DNA from: Candidatus Omnitrophota bacterium
Lineage (GTDB): Bacteria; Omnitrophota; Gorgyraeia; Gygaellales; Profunditerraquicolaceae
Direction of reading: 5' to 3'
DNA: 64,000 nucleotides
NCBI GenBank assembly: GCA_041661605.1
Contig: JBAZUE010000001.1
Coordinates: 606,928 to 670,927, forward strand
The notes beneath the pieces are model-generated. The model was not told the origin of the DNA, ran no database searches, and saw only the letters and a list, made by a program, of their open reading frames with translations. Each line of letters begins with the position of its first letter. The first letter of the stretch is position 1. This document shows, piece after piece, positions 40,748-50,492 of this stretch. A program made the position numbers and the translations under genes.

Positions 40748-41836
40748 TTACCTGATCTTTAAGGTGACCAGGGCAAACATGGCAAGTAAACCGGCGATAA
40801 TCCAAAACCTGACAATTACTTTATTCTCAGGCCAGTCCAAAAACTGAAAATGATGGTGTAGAGGCGCGATCTTAAAAATACGTTTCTTAGTCAACTTAAA
40901 ACAACCCACCTGCAAGATAACCGAAATTGCCTCTAAAACAAATATGCCGCCTACGATTATAAGCAACATTTCTTTTTTGATCAATAAGGCCACTGTCCCG
41001 ATAGCCCCGCCCAAAGCCAGGGAACCGACATCTCCCATAAAGATTGACGCCGGATAACAGTTGAACCATAAGAAACCCAACCCGGCACCGATGATACTGG
41101 CACAGAAAATAGTCAATTCCCCTGCACCCTTAACATACGAAACAAACAAGTAATTACTTAAATTTATATTTCCGGATATATAACAAAGCACGCTGAAAGC
41201 AACCGCTACCATAACAACAATGCCGATAGCTAAACCGTCCAACCCGTCAGTAAGATTTACGGCATTGGAGGATCCGGCGATTACCAATATGACAAACAGG
41301 ATATATAAACCGTCTAGATCCAGGTTAACCCCTTTAACAAAAGGTATTTCCAGCTTAAGATTATACTGACTATCCATGATGAGAATTATGCCCAGTATCG
41401 AACCCAGGATAATTTGGCTTGAGAGTTTTACCACGGGAGACAATCCTCCGGCCTTCTTCTTTATCTGCTTTAAATAATCGTCGAGAAAACCGGTTGAGCC
41501 CAGCCAGACAGTGCTGAACAAAACAATCCAAACACAGTGATTGGTAATATCAGCCCAAAGCAGGGTTGAAATTATAACCGCTCCCAGGATAAGAATCCCG
41601 CCCATAGTTGGCGTATTTTGTTTATGACGGTGTAAATCATCAAGCTTAATACTGTCGGCCTTGTTGATCTTCTCTCCAAGCTTAAGCTCCTTTAATTTCC
41701 TGATAAGCGGAGGGCCAAAAACAAGACTTAATATGAAGGCAGTTAAAGCGGCCATTGCCGCCCGGAAAGTAATGTAGCGGAAAAGATTAAAAACGGAGAT
41801 GAAATCTCTTAGCGGATAAAACAGATGGTAAAACAT
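40748..41836 (-). CDS. mraY: Phospho-N-acetylmuramoyl-pentapeptide transferase
   Basis: Polytopic MraY sequence: TPTMGG, NAVNLTDGLDGLA, and GDVGS, then PLHHHF. Confidence 0.95.
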   Translation of the reverse strand: MFYHLFYPLRDFISVFNLFRYITFRAAMAALTAFILSLVFGPPLIRKLKELKLGEKINKADSIKLDDLHRHKQNTPTMGGILILGAVIISTLLWADITNHCVWIVLFSTVWLGSTGFLDDYLKQIKKKAGGLSPVVKLSSQIILGSILGIILIMDSQYNLKLEIPFVKGVNLDLDGLYILFVILVIAGSSNAVNLTDGLDGLAIGIVVMVAVAFSVLCYISGNINLSNYLFVSYVKGAGELTIFCASIIGAGLGFLWFNCYPASIFMGDVGSLALGGAIGTVALLIKKEMLLIIVGGIFVLEAISVILQVGCFKLTKKRIFKIAPLHHHFQFLDWPENKVIVRFWIIAGLLAMFALVTLKIR

Positions 41837-43197
41837 TAAACTTTAAAAACCTCTTCCATTTTCATCGAACGGGAGCCTTTTACCAGGATTATGTCCTTGG
41901 CTCCCGGAAAAATCTTATTAAACAACAAATCTCTTGCTTGCCGGGCAGAAGCACAGCAGAATATATTCTTACTTTTAAAACCGCGCGCTTTAGCTGCCCG
42001 GGCAGTCAGAGCGGCTAAATTGCCCACTGAAACCAGCACATCACATATATTAGTTATACTACCAGCAACCTGCCGATGCAATAATTCTTTTTGCTTGCCC
42101 AATTCAAGCATATCACCCATGATCAGGATCTTTTTTCCTTTGCACCGGGCGGCATCCAGCGCATGAAGGGCATTGTTTAAAGAAAGCGGATTAGAATTAT
42201 AAGTATCATCAATAAATTTAAGCCCTTTAACTTCAATAAGTTTGAGCCTGCCTCCCGGAAAATCAAATTCCGATAACCTGGAAGCTATCTCATTATGCCC
42301 CAGGCCTAATATGCGGCCCGCAGCAATCGCCGCCAGGGCGTTGTAAACATTGTAAGCTCCCAATGTCGATAACGTAAAATCAAATTTTCGGTTAAGTTTG
42401 AATCTTACTTTTCCATCCTCTAATTTAATCCCCGAAGCCGTAAAATCGCTTTCCTCCTTAATCCCGTAACTGAATATATGCGCGTTTTTCTTTCCCCTGT
42501 TAATTAAACAGCGCAGATATTGATCATCGCCATTGAGCAGGGCTATTGCCGGTTCCGCCAGGTTATTTAATAGGCTGGATTTTTCTTTTAAGACCCCGCT
42601 GAGGTTATTTAAAAACTCCAGGTGAGACGGCCCGATGTTAGTAATTACACCGATATTTGGCCGGCCAATCCCAGCCAGATAATCGACCTCGCCGAAATGG
42701 TTAGTGCCAATTTCAACCACCGCGAAATCATTTTCTTCTTTAAGCTGGATTAATGCTTGAGGCAGGCCGACCTGATTATTTTTAGTGCCTTCATTTTTCA
42801 ATACCCGGCCGCATGACGACAAAACCCAGGCGATCATATCCTTAACGGTAGTCTTGCCGTTTGAGCCGGTAACAGCAATAACCGGCTTCCTGAAATTGTC
42901 CCGTTTAAAACGGGCAAGATCGCCTAATGCCAAAGAAGTATTCTTAACCTGCACAACCGCTGTTGCCTTAGGAATCTTCAAGCCGGATATTTTCTTAACA
43001 ATAACACAAACCGCCCCTGATTTTAAAGCTGCGGGAATAAAATTATGGCCGTCATAATTATCCCCCTTTAAAGCCAGGAATGCCTCTTGAGGCCCTATCA
43101 TCCTTGAATCAGTGGAAATACCTATTTGACTGTCCTGAAGATTGCCCCGGACAAGCTTGCCTCCTGTGGCTTTAATTATTTCTTTTAGCGTAAACAC
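41836..43197 (-). CDS. murF: UDP-MurNAc-tripeptide--D-alanyl-D-alanine ligase
   Basis: Mur ligase sequence (GSNGKTTVK, DTYNSNP). Confidence 0.92.
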   Translation of the reverse strand: MFTLKEIIKATGGKLVRGNLQDSQIGISTDSRMIGPQEAFLALKGDNYDGHNFIPAALKSGAVCVIVKKISGLKIPKATAVVQVKNTSLALGDLARFKRDNFRKPVIAVTGSNGKTTVKDMIAWVLSSCGRVLKNEGTKNNQVGLPQALIQLKEENDFAVVEIGTNHFGEVDYLAGIGRPNIGVITNIGPSHLEFLNNLSGVLKEKSSLLNNLAEPAIALLNGDDQYLRCLINRGKKNAHIFSYGIKEESDFTASGIKLEDGKVRFKLNRKFDFTLSTLGAYNVYNALAAIAAGRILGLGHNEIASRLSEFDFPGGRLKLIEVKGLKFIDDTYNSNPLSLNNALHALDAARCKGKKILIMGDMLELGKQKELLHRQVAGSITNICDVLVSVGNLAALTARAAKARGFKSKNIFCCASARQARDLLFNKIFPGAKDIILVKGSRSMKMEEVFKV

Positions 43198-44591
43198 TTC
43201 TGCACTGCCTCCCGGTCACTAAAATGTAAAACCCTGTTTTTGAATACCTGATACTCCTCATGCCCCTTGCCGGCAATAACCAGGCAGTCATCGCGTCCAA
43301 TTAATTTCAAACCTGCCTGGATAGCTTTAAACCTGTCAGAAATTACGCAATAGTTGCTCTTGCATATCCCCATGCGGATATCCCTGATTATACGCAGCGG
43401 ATCCTCAGAACGCGGATTATCGCTGGTAATAATAGCATAATCTGCCAGGCTGGTAACAATCTTACCCATCTTTGGCCGTTTAAGCTTATCCCGCTCTCCT
43501 CCGCAGCCAAAGATTACAATAATCTTAGCCGGCACTAAAGGCCTCAAGGCGCTGATAACATTAAGCAGGGCATCCGGCGTATGCGCATAATCCACAAAGA
43601 TATTAAGCCCTTTTTTAGAGCTAAGTTTTTCCAATCTCCCAGGCACATTCTTGAATTTTTCGATAGCCGACTTGATATCTTTAAGACGCAGGCCTTCGCT
43701 TATCCCCCAGGAGATAGCTGCCAAAATATTATAAATGTTGTACCGGCCGATCAGACTCGTCTTAATCCTGGTCTTTATCCCCGGGGCAATCAACGTAAAC
43801 TCGGTACCCCGCATTCCGGAATCAATATGAGCAGCCATAACCGTTGATTTATTTTTTATTCCATAACTTATCAACCGGCCGCGAATTGATTTTTTAATCC
43901 TCTGGCTATATTTATCATCATTATTGACTACCGCTACTCCGTATCTCTTAAGTAAGTTAAAAAGTTTAGCTTTCGCCAAAAAATAATTCTCCATGTTCTT
44001 ATGGTAATCTAAGTGGTCCTGGGTAAGGTTGGTAAAAACCGCATGAGCAAATTTTATTCCCAAAACCCTTTCTTGATCCAGGGCGTGGGAAGAAACCTCC
44101 ATCGCGCAATATTTAATCCGCTGAGCATGCATTTTAGCAAGCAATCCCTGCAGCTCCACCGGGCCGGGAGTGGTATTCTTGGCAGGAATTTCCTTGCCTT
44201 TAAAACGGTAGTTAATCGTGCCGATTACACCGCAATCAGACCCTGATTCCCTAACCATAGCCTCAATCAAATACGAAATAGTCGTCTTGCCATTAGTGCC
44301 GGTAATACCTATAACCCTAAGATTATCCGAAGGACGCCCATAAAATTCGGAAGAAATTTCCGCCAGGAAATTTCGAGTGTTTTTTACCACAAGCAGTTTT
44401 GTTTTTTCAGAAATTTTTGTTTTCGGCATTTTGCGATCTACGACCACAATAACGGCGCCATTGGCGACTGCTTCTTTAATAAAACAACTGCCATCCTGGA
44501 GGTTCCCCTTTATGGCCACAAAAACAAAACCCTTTCTTACGGTCCTTGAATTACAAGCTATTCCCTTAACTTCTACACCCGAGATCTTCAT
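43185..44591 (-). CDS. murE: UDP-MurNAc-L-Ala-D-Glu--2,6-diaminopimelate ligase
   Basis: Mur ligase sequence (GTNGKTT, DYAHTPDAL, and a DNPR motif consistent with meso-DAP specificity). Confidence 0.9.
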   Translation of the reverse strand: MKISGVEVKGIACNSRTVRKGFVFVAIKGNLQDGSCFIKEAVANGAVIVVVDRKMPKTKISEKTKLLVVKNTRNFLAEISSEFYGRPSDNLRVIGITGTNGKTTISYLIEAMVRESGSDCGVIGTINYRFKGKEIPAKNTTPGPVELQGLLAKMHAQRIKYCAMEVSSHALDQERVLGIKFAHAVFTNLTQDHLDYHKNMENYFLAKAKLFNLLKRYGVAVVNNDDKYSQRIKKSIRGRLISYGIKNKSTVMAAHIDSGMRGTEFTLIAPGIKTRIKTSLIGRYNIYNILAAISWGISEGLRLKDIKSAIEKFKNVPGRLEKLSSKKGLNIFVDYAHTPDALLNVISALRPLVPAKIIVIFGCGGERDKLKRPKMGKIVTSLADYAIITSDNPRSEDPLRIIRDIRMGICKSNYCVISDRFKAIQAGLKLIGRDDCLVIAGKGHEEYQVFKNRVLHFSDREAVQKCLR

Positions 44592-46291
44592 TGCGCCATT
44601 GCCCCAATCGGTATTTCATTGCCTTTAATATAACGGATAGCATCCCCTGCTACTTTCTGGAAAACAGGAGCTGCTACTACCCCACCGAAATAATATGGAT
44701 GAGGCTCATCAACTGTTACGACAATTGCCAGTAAGGGATCTTCAGCGGGCGCAAAACCGATAAAAGAAGCGACAAATTTGGTATGCGAATACGCGCCATT
44801 CGGCTCAAGTTTCTGGGCAGTACCGGTTTTACCGGCAGCGCTAAATCCGGAGACCTTGGCCATTTTGCCGGTCCCCTCCTCCACAACCCCGGTAAGAATC
44901 TTCTTTATGCGCATCGCAGTATCCACGGAAATTACTTTACGGATCAATACCGGCTTATTCTGCTTAATTATCCGGCCCTGCTTATCGCGTACCGAATCAA
45001 TAATATATGGTTTCATCAATTGGCCGCCGTTGGCAATTACGGAAATTGCGCTGGCTAATTGCAAAGCAGTAACCCCAACCTCCTGCCCAATAGGAATAGC
45101 TGAAATGGATGTCTTTGACCAGGCCCTCGGAGGCTTGATCATTCCGGAGATCTCCCCGGAAAGGTCAATACCCAGCTTTGAACCAAAACCAAAAGCTTTC
45201 AAATACCGGTAAACTGTATCCGCGCCCAAGATCTGGGCAACCTTAACTGTACCGATATTGCTTGACTCCTCGATTACCTGCCGGAAAGTGAGCACCCCGT
45301 GTGAAGTATGATCATGTAAAATATGGCCTCCAACTTTATAACTTCCATTTTCGCAGAAAAATTTATCTTCCTCCGTAACCTTCTTCTCTTCTAAAGCAGC
45401 AGATGCGGTAACTATTTTAAACACAGAACCGGGTTCAAATAAATCGCAGATAGAACGGTTGCGCATGGAATCCTTATTAACAGAAGAATGGTCATTTAAA
45501 TCGTAGTTAGGCCGGCTGGCCATAGCCAGGATCCTGCCCGTATGCGGGTCCATAACAATGATACTGGCGCCCTTTGCATTATAATGTTTAAAAGCTTTAT
45601 CCAGTTCCCTTTCGGCTATATACTGGATAACCTCATCAATAGTCAAAACTAAATCCTGGCCGTCAACAGGCAAAACCATCTTTTCCCAGATATCCAGTTT
45701 TTTCTGCCTGGCATCGCGTAAAAAAATCGCCCAACCTGAATTTCCTTTCAGGTAACTATTAAAATCCCTTTCTATCCCCTCAAGGCCCGTGTTGTCCATG
45801 CCGCTAAAACCGATAATGTGGCTGGCCAAATAACTATTTGGATAAATACGCTTAGTTTCCTTTATGAATCCTAAGCCCTTAATCTTAAGGGCCTTTACAG
45901 CCTCAGCCTTATCCGGAGACAGCTTGCGCACCAGCCAGATGAAAGACTTTTTACGATAAAGCCTATCCTTCAGGTAAGCGCGGTCAATTCCCAATATAGG
46001 CAGGAGCTTTTCTATTATCCTGTCCTTGTCCCTATCTTTAATGGCATTGGGTTCGGCATAAAGCGAATCCATGGATAAATTAAATGCCTGGGCCTTAAGA
46101 TTACAATCGTAGATCGAGCCGCGGTGCGGCTCAAGTTCCACGAATTGGTTATGTTGTTTTTTTGCTATTGAAGTTAGATAACTCGAACGGAAGAACTGGA
46201 TGAAGAAAAGCCGGCCTACGCAAAACAGAAGAAAAATAAAAAAAACCAAAAATACCGCCTCGCTTCTCCGGCGATAATTGCTTATATACAC
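44588..46291 (-). CDS. ftsI: Penicillin-binding protein 3 / FtsI (divisome transpeptidase)
   Basis: N-terminal TM, PBP dimer domain, and transpeptidase motifs (SVFK, SSN, KTGTAQ). It follows ftsL. Confidence 0.9.
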   Translation of the reverse strand: MYISNYRRRSEAVFLVFFIFLLFCVGRLFFIQFFRSSYLTSIAKKQHNQFVELEPHRGSIYDCNLKAQAFNLSMDSLYAEPNAIKDRDKDRIIEKLLPILGIDRAYLKDRLYRKKSFIWLVRKLSPDKAEAVKALKIKGLGFIKETKRIYPNSYLASHIIGFSGMDNTGLEGIERDFNSYLKGNSGWAIFLRDARQKKLDIWEKMVLPVDGQDLVLTIDEVIQYIAERELDKAFKHYNAKGASIIVMDPHTGRILAMASRPNYDLNDHSSVNKDSMRNRSICDLFEPGSVFKIVTASAALEEKKVTEEDKFFCENGSYKVGGHILHDHTSHGVLTFRQVIEESSNIGTVKVAQILGADTVYRYLKAFGFGSKLGIDLSGEISGMIKPPRAWSKTSISAIPIGQEVGVTALQLASAISVIANGGQLMKPYIIDSVRDKQGRIIKQNKPVLIRKVISVDTAMRIKKILTGVVEEGTGKMAKVSGFSAAGKTGTAQKLEPNGAYSHTKFVASFIGFAPAEDPLLAIVVTVDEPHPYYFGGVVAAPVFQKVAGDAIRYIKGNEIPIGAMAQ

Positions 46292-46314
46292 TATTTTTTA
46301 AGGAGTAATAAATA

Positions 46315-46686
46315 TTAGGGGTTAATTGTCTTTGCCTGAGCTTCCCGTTTCAGGCTAAAAATAGCCGCCAGCAAACCTTCTTTAGCCTGATTTTGATTCG
46401 CGGGCTTGATTCCACCATCCCTGGAAGTTACAACCTTGACAAAACGGTATTTGTCCGGCATCTGGAAATCACTAGTGCCGCTGATCCGGCTGCCGATATT
46501 TACCAAAGAAGAACTTTTTTTGATATTATAACTTAACGCGGTATTCTTATCAAACAATTCATTGTAAGTAACTTGTCTTCTAGAACCCAGGTAGGCCAGG
46601 CGGAAGATTTCACTCTGCTGATAAACATAAAGCAGGCAAAAAGAAGTAACAAACACTGTTACTGAGAAAAACTTGGTCATTTTCAT
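46315..46686 (-). CDS. ftsL: FtsL-like cell division protein
   Basis: 123-aa bitopic protein with one N-terminal TM, in the conserved rsmH-ftsL-ftsI slot. The sequence itself is poorly conserved. Confidence 0.55.
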   Translation of the reverse strand: MKMTKFFSVTVFVTSFCLLYVYQQSEIFRLAYLGSRRQVTYNELFDKNTALSYNIKKSSSLVNIGSRISGTSDFQMPDKYRFVKVVTSRDGGIKPANQNQAKEGLLAAIFSLKREAQAKTINP

Positions 46687-46691
46687 ATGCC

Positions 46692-47594
46692 TTATATCCT
46701 TTCAGCTGCCCTGAACTTGCTGCTGCGGCTGGAAGGGTTAGCCGCTACTTCGCTGTCTGCAGGAGTCAAGGGTTTAGCCGTAATAATATCTATTAATCCT
46801 TCGGCCTTAAGGGCCCGGAATGTATGTTTAATTACGCGATCCTCCAAAGAATGAAAAGAAATTACACATATCTTAGCTTTCTTTTTTAAAATTGCAACTG
46901 CTTTCTTAATAGCGCTTTCCAGAATCTCCAATTCCCGGTTTACGGCAATACGCACTGCCTGAAAAGTACGCGTAGCCGGATGTATGCGGTAATAACCTCT
47001 GCGGTATCTATGAGGGATAGCCCGCATTACCAAATCAGCCAATTGGCTGGTGGTCGAGATAGGCTGGTTCCTGCGTTCTTCGACTAATAAATGCGCGATG
47101 CGGTTATGCCATCGCTCCTGTCCAAAACTCCAGAGCATATGAGATATTTCATTCTCATTAAGATTATTCACCAAATCATAAGCCGATATATAACTGCTTT
47201 TATCCAGGCGCATATCCAGCGGCCCCTCCTGTTGGAAACTAAAACCCCTCTCTGCATCTTTTAGCTGGTATGTAGAAATCCCCAGGTCAAAAACTATTCC
47301 GTCTATCTTATCTATGCCGAGATTTTCCAAAACCTGGTCTACATCTACAAAATTGGCGTGTACAAATTCATAGCTGCCGCTGAATTCGCTGAGCCTCTGA
47401 CGGCAGACAGCTAAAGAATCTTCATCCCGGTCTATCCCGATCAGTCTGCCTCCGGGAGTAATCCTTTTCAATATTTCAAGGCTGTGTCCGCCGGTCCCAA
47501 GAGTCGCATCCACAATAATTTGGCCGGGCTTAGGATCCAAATAATCTATAACTTCAGACAACATTACTGGTATATGCAGCTTTTCTTCTATCAC
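46692..47594 (-). CDS. rsmH: 16S rRNA (cytosine1402-N4)-methyltransferase
   Basis: HIPVML, DATLGTGGHS, and DLGISTYQL. Confidence 0.93.
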   Translation of the reverse strand: MIEEKLHIPVMLSEVIDYLDPKPGQIIVDATLGTGGHSLEILKRITPGGRLIGIDRDEDSLAVCRQRLSEFSGSYEFVHANFVDVDQVLENLGIDKIDGIVFDLGISTYQLKDAERGFSFQQEGPLDMRLDKSSYISAYDLVNNLNENEISHMLWSFGQERWHNRIAHLLVEERRNQPISTTSQLADLVMRAIPHRYRRGYYRIHPATRTFQAVRIAVNRELEILESAIKKAVAILKKKAKICVISFHSLEDRVIKHTFRALKAEGLIDIITAKPLTPADSEVAANPSSRSSKFRAAERI

Positions 47595-48032
47595 TTAAAC
47601 ATCCATTAATTTTTCCGCAATCTCTTCGAAAGATTGCCGGCTGTTTGAATAAAATTCATGCCACTTATCTCTTGCCCAAATCTCTATGCGGTTAGAAACA
47701 CCTACGATAATCACATCCCTTTTGATTTCGGCAAAATCTTTCAGGTATTGCGGAAGCAAAACCCTTCCCTGTTTATCCGGAGCAACCTCAACCGCTCCGC
47801 TAAAAAGCAGCCGGTTAAAAGTACGCGATTGCTGTTTTGTAAATGACATGGTCTTAAATTTATTTTCCTGTGAACGCCACTCCTCCTCGGAAAACATAAA
47901 AAGGCATTTATCTAAACCGCGGGTAACAAAGAATTTTTCCACGAATTGGTTCTTAGCGGTCTCACGAAATTTGGCAGGCAAAATCAGGCGGCCTTTACGG
48001 TCTATTGAATGTTCGAACTCACCGTAAAACAT
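47595..48032 (-). CDS. mraZ: Transcriptional regulator MraZ
   Basis: MFYGEFEHSIDRKGRLILPAKFR plus a second DxxGR repeat (PDKQGRVLLP). It is the first gene of the dcw cluster. Confidence 0.93.
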   Translation of the reverse strand: MFYGEFEHSIDRKGRLILPAKFRETAKNQFVEKFFVTRGLDKCLFMFSEEEWRSQENKFKTMSFTKQQSRTFNRLLFSGAVEVAPDKQGRVLLPQYLKDFAEIKRDVIIVGVSNRIEIWARDKWHEFYSNSRQSFEEIAEKLMDV

Positions 48033-48044
48033 TTTTTCCTCTCT

Positions 48045-48069
48045 TCCACTTTACTCCACATTTATCCAC
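48045..48069 (-). promoter_or_regulatory. Putative MraZ operator: three GTGGA direct repeats at 10-bp spacing
   Basis: Minus strand reads aaGTGGAtaaatGTGGAgtaaaGTGGAaga. On the plus strand this is TCCAC at 48045, 48055 and 48065. It lies between the promoter and the mraZ ATG. Confidence 0.6.
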
Positions 48070-48080
48070 TTAATATGCAA

Positions 48081-48109
48081 AGTATAGACAAAATACTCCC
48101 TTTTGTCAA
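48081..48109 (-). promoter_or_regulatory. Candidate Pmra promoter of the dcw cluster
   Basis: Minus strand reads TTGACA-17 nt-TATACT. Confidence 0.6.
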
Positions 48110-48186
48110 GAAAAAAATTTCCTAACATATATAAAATACAATAAGTTGTATACTGGAGCTGTCAAGGGGCCAAGCTATTGTGGTAC

Positions 48187-49098
48187 CTAACGATAACCCT
48201 GCAGGATCCTACGGGAGGAAGTTATATCTTTTTTGATTTGAACGGATAAATCTTCTATAGAAGCAAATTTTTTATCGGCCCGGATTAATTTTACGAATTG
48301 GATCTCCAGGAACCTTCCGTATATCTTTTTATTAAAATCAAATATATGCACTTCAACCTGAATATGTTTTTCTCCTATACTGACTGTCGGCCTGCTTCCG
48401 ATATAACAGATCCCGTCATATTTATTGCCGGAGAATATAACCTGTACCGCATAAATTCCCTCCGGAGGAATAACTTCATGATGAGGATTAATATTGGCTG
48501 TAGGGAATCCTAAAACCCTGCCAATCCTGCTGCCCCTGACTACCGAGCCTAAAACGCTCACCCTGCGGCCAAGCAGCTTTTCTGCTTCTTTAATTTTAGA
48601 ACTTCTGATCAATTTTCTTATCGCTGTGCTGCTGATCGGCCGTCCATTAGATTTGATAACTTTAAATTTTTTAAGAATAAAATCATTTTCTTTAGCCTCA
48701 CTGGATAACAATTTATAATCGCCCAGTGCGCCTTTTCCAAAATGGAAGTTTCCTCCGATATAAACAAACCGGGGGCGGATTTTTCTAACCAGTATCCTGG
48801 AGATAAAATTAGCTGCGCTCATTTTTGCAAAACTCGGGCTGAAATTAATTACAATGCAGACGTCTACGCCTAACTCGGAAATTAATCTCAAACGGTGCTT
48901 TAAAGAATACAGGCTTCTTTCTTTCTGCGGATGGGGGAAGAAAGTCAACGCCATACTTGTACCTTTGATCTTTTCCGCTTTTTTGACTGCGGACTTTAGT
49001 ATATTGCGGTGTCCGCGATGTAAACCATCAAAAACCCCCAAAGCTACTACGGGGTTTCTAAACCTGCGGATTTTATTTATCCTGGTAATAACGATCAT
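48187..49098 (-). CDS. ribF: Bifunctional riboflavin kinase / FMN adenylyltransferase
   Basis: N-terminal FAD synthetase (GVFDGLHRGH) and C-terminal riboflavin kinase (GFPTANI, E..IFDF). Confidence 0.92.
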   Translation of the reverse strand: MIVITRINKIRRFRNPVVALGVFDGLHRGHRNILKSAVKKAEKIKGTSMALTFFPHPQKERSLYSLKHRLRLISELGVDVCIVINFSPSFAKMSAANFISRILVRKIRPRFVYIGGNFHFGKGALGDYKLLSSEAKENDFILKKFKVIKSNGRPISSTAIRKLIRSSKIKEAEKLLGRRVSVLGSVVRGSRIGRVLGFPTANINPHHEVIPPEGIYAVQVIFSGNKYDGICYIGSRPTVSIGEKHIQVEVHIFDFNKKIYGRFLEIQFVKLIRADKKFASIEDLSVQIKKDITSSRRILQGYR

Positions 49099-49103
49099 CG
49101 TGA

Positions 49104-50126
49104 TTATCTTAAAACCTTCCGGATGCTGGCCAAGACTTTTTTAATAATTTGGTTAATATCTCCAAGCGGGGTGCAGCCTGCGGCGTTTTTGTGCCCGCCT
49201 CCCCCAAAAAGCGCGGCTATCTTATTTACATCAACTTTGCCATGGCTCCTTAAATTAATACGCACCCGGCTGTCATCTTTTAAGCTTTCTCTGAACAGGA
49301 CCACAACTTCCACCCCTTTAATCGCCCGGGCAAAGCTCAAAAGCTGGTCTCCTAAATCCATGGAGATAACACTGTTTTTTAACAAACCCCTCTTAAGTTT
49401 AAAATACGCTATTTTACCCTGCGCAGAAAAATTTATCCTTGGCAGCAATTTAATTAATAACTTCGTTTCAGCCAAAGCAAAGTTTTCATAAACATACCGG
49501 TAAATAAGCGGGACATTGATATCAAATTTCAAAAGTTCAGCAACCGCCAGATGGGTAAAACTGGAGGTATTGGAATACCTGAACGAACCTGTATCTGTCA
49601 TCATGCCGGTATACATACAGATAGCTTCAGGCTTATTAATAGGCAGAAGCATTTGTTTGTAAATACGATAAATCATCTCTGAACAAGATGAAGCATGCGG
49701 GTCAACCCAATGCAGATCCCCAAAACCCTGGTTACTGATATGATGGTCAATATTTAGAACGGGCTTGCTGTCTTTATTCAACCGCCAAACATCTCCGGTA
49801 CGTTTCAAGTCAGCGCAATCCAAAACCACCATACAATCAAACTTTATGCAAAGCGATCTATCGTCTAACTTGCGTATTTTATTTACTCCCGGCATAAATT
49901 CGTGGCCGTAAGGAATACCGTCTTCATTCACAATTATACCCTGCTTGCCTAATTTTCTAATCAAGGCGTAAAAAGCAAGTTCTGCGCCTAAAGCGTCCCC
50001 CTCTAAACTGGTGTGCGCTGTGATTAAGAAATTATTATATTTTTTTATGCCTGCGCAGATTTCTTTTAGCCCCACTGCTCTGCCCGTCCTTTCCCGTGTT
50101 TGGCCCAGCCGTGTCTTTAGGAACAT
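49104..50126 (-). CDS. nrnA: DHH/DHHA1 family phosphoesterase (NrnA-like oligoribonuclease/pAp phosphatase)
   Basis: DHH motifs (HTSLEGDALG, DCAD, DHH) and the DHHA1 GGGH motif. The true start is possibly the GTG at 50075 (VGLKEICAGIKKYNNFLI), because the ATG at 50126 overlaps rbfA by 92 nt. Confidence 0.8.
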   Translation of the reverse strand: MFLKTRLGQTRERTGRAVGLKEICAGIKKYNNFLITAHTSLEGDALGAELAFYALIRKLGKQGIIVNEDGIPYGHEFMPGVNKIRKLDDRSLCIKFDCMVVLDCADLKRTGDVWRLNKDSKPVLNIDHHISNQGFGDLHWVDPHASSCSEMIYRIYKQMLLPINKPEAICMYTGMMTDTGSFRYSNTSSFTHLAVAELLKFDINVPLIYRYVYENFALAETKLLIKLLPRINFSAQGKIAYFKLKRGLLKNSVISMDLGDQLLSFARAIKGVEVVVLFRESLKDDSRVRINLRSHGKVDVNKIAALFGGGGHKNAAGCTPLGDINQIIKKVLASIRKVLR

Positions 50127-50475
50127 CCAGAGGCTGGTCCAATTCCTTTATTTTGTTTAATACCTCTTCAATCCTTACGCTGTACTCAGTTGAATGATCC
50201 TCATGGAAGATCAGCTCAGTGGCAAAACGCAGATTAATCCTCTGGGCAACCAGGCTGCGGATATAGCCTAAAGCAGAATCTAAGGCCAGCTTGGTCTTTT
50301 TACAATCCTCATCTTTACCCAGGACGCTGTAAAAAATCTTGGCGTTCCTTAAATCCTTAGTCAATTCCACCCGGGTTATGGTAACAAAACCTATGCGCGG
50401 GTCTTTAAGTTCATCATGGATAATCAGGCTTACTTCTTTCTTTATTGCTTCTTCGACACGTTCTTTTCTAGACAT
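50035..50475 (-). CDS. rbfA: Ribosome-binding factor A (with a C-terminal basic extension)
   Basis: The RbfA KH-like core is present (RVEEAIKKEVSLII...VTITRVELTKDLRNAKIFYS). About 30 additional C-terminal residues follow. Confidence 0.88.
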   Translation of the reverse strand: MSRKERVEEAIKKEVSLIIHDELKDPRIGFVTITRVELTKDLRNAKIFYSVLGKDEDCKKTKLALDSALGYIRSLVAQRINLRFATELIFHEDHSTEYSVRIEEVLNKIKELDQPLDVPKDTAGPNTGKDGQSSGAKRNLRRHKKI

Positions 50476-50492
50476 TTTATTCCACTCCGTTA

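Noticed and set aside
40740-40805. Long N-terminal extensions in track ORFs: murD to 40805, pgpA to 63003, murC to 36548, and pncC TTG at 61419.
   Set aside because: The extensions overlap the upstream genes or a promoter, lack similarity to the families' N-termini, and have better-placed internal starts, several with ATGA-type coupling.
50035-50126. A 92-nt overlap between rbfA and the DHH phosphoesterase gene as possible programmed recoding.
   Set aside because: It is more simply explained by a later GTG start (50075) for the DHH gene and a lineage-specific basic tail on RbfA. There is no slippery sequence or stimulatory structure.
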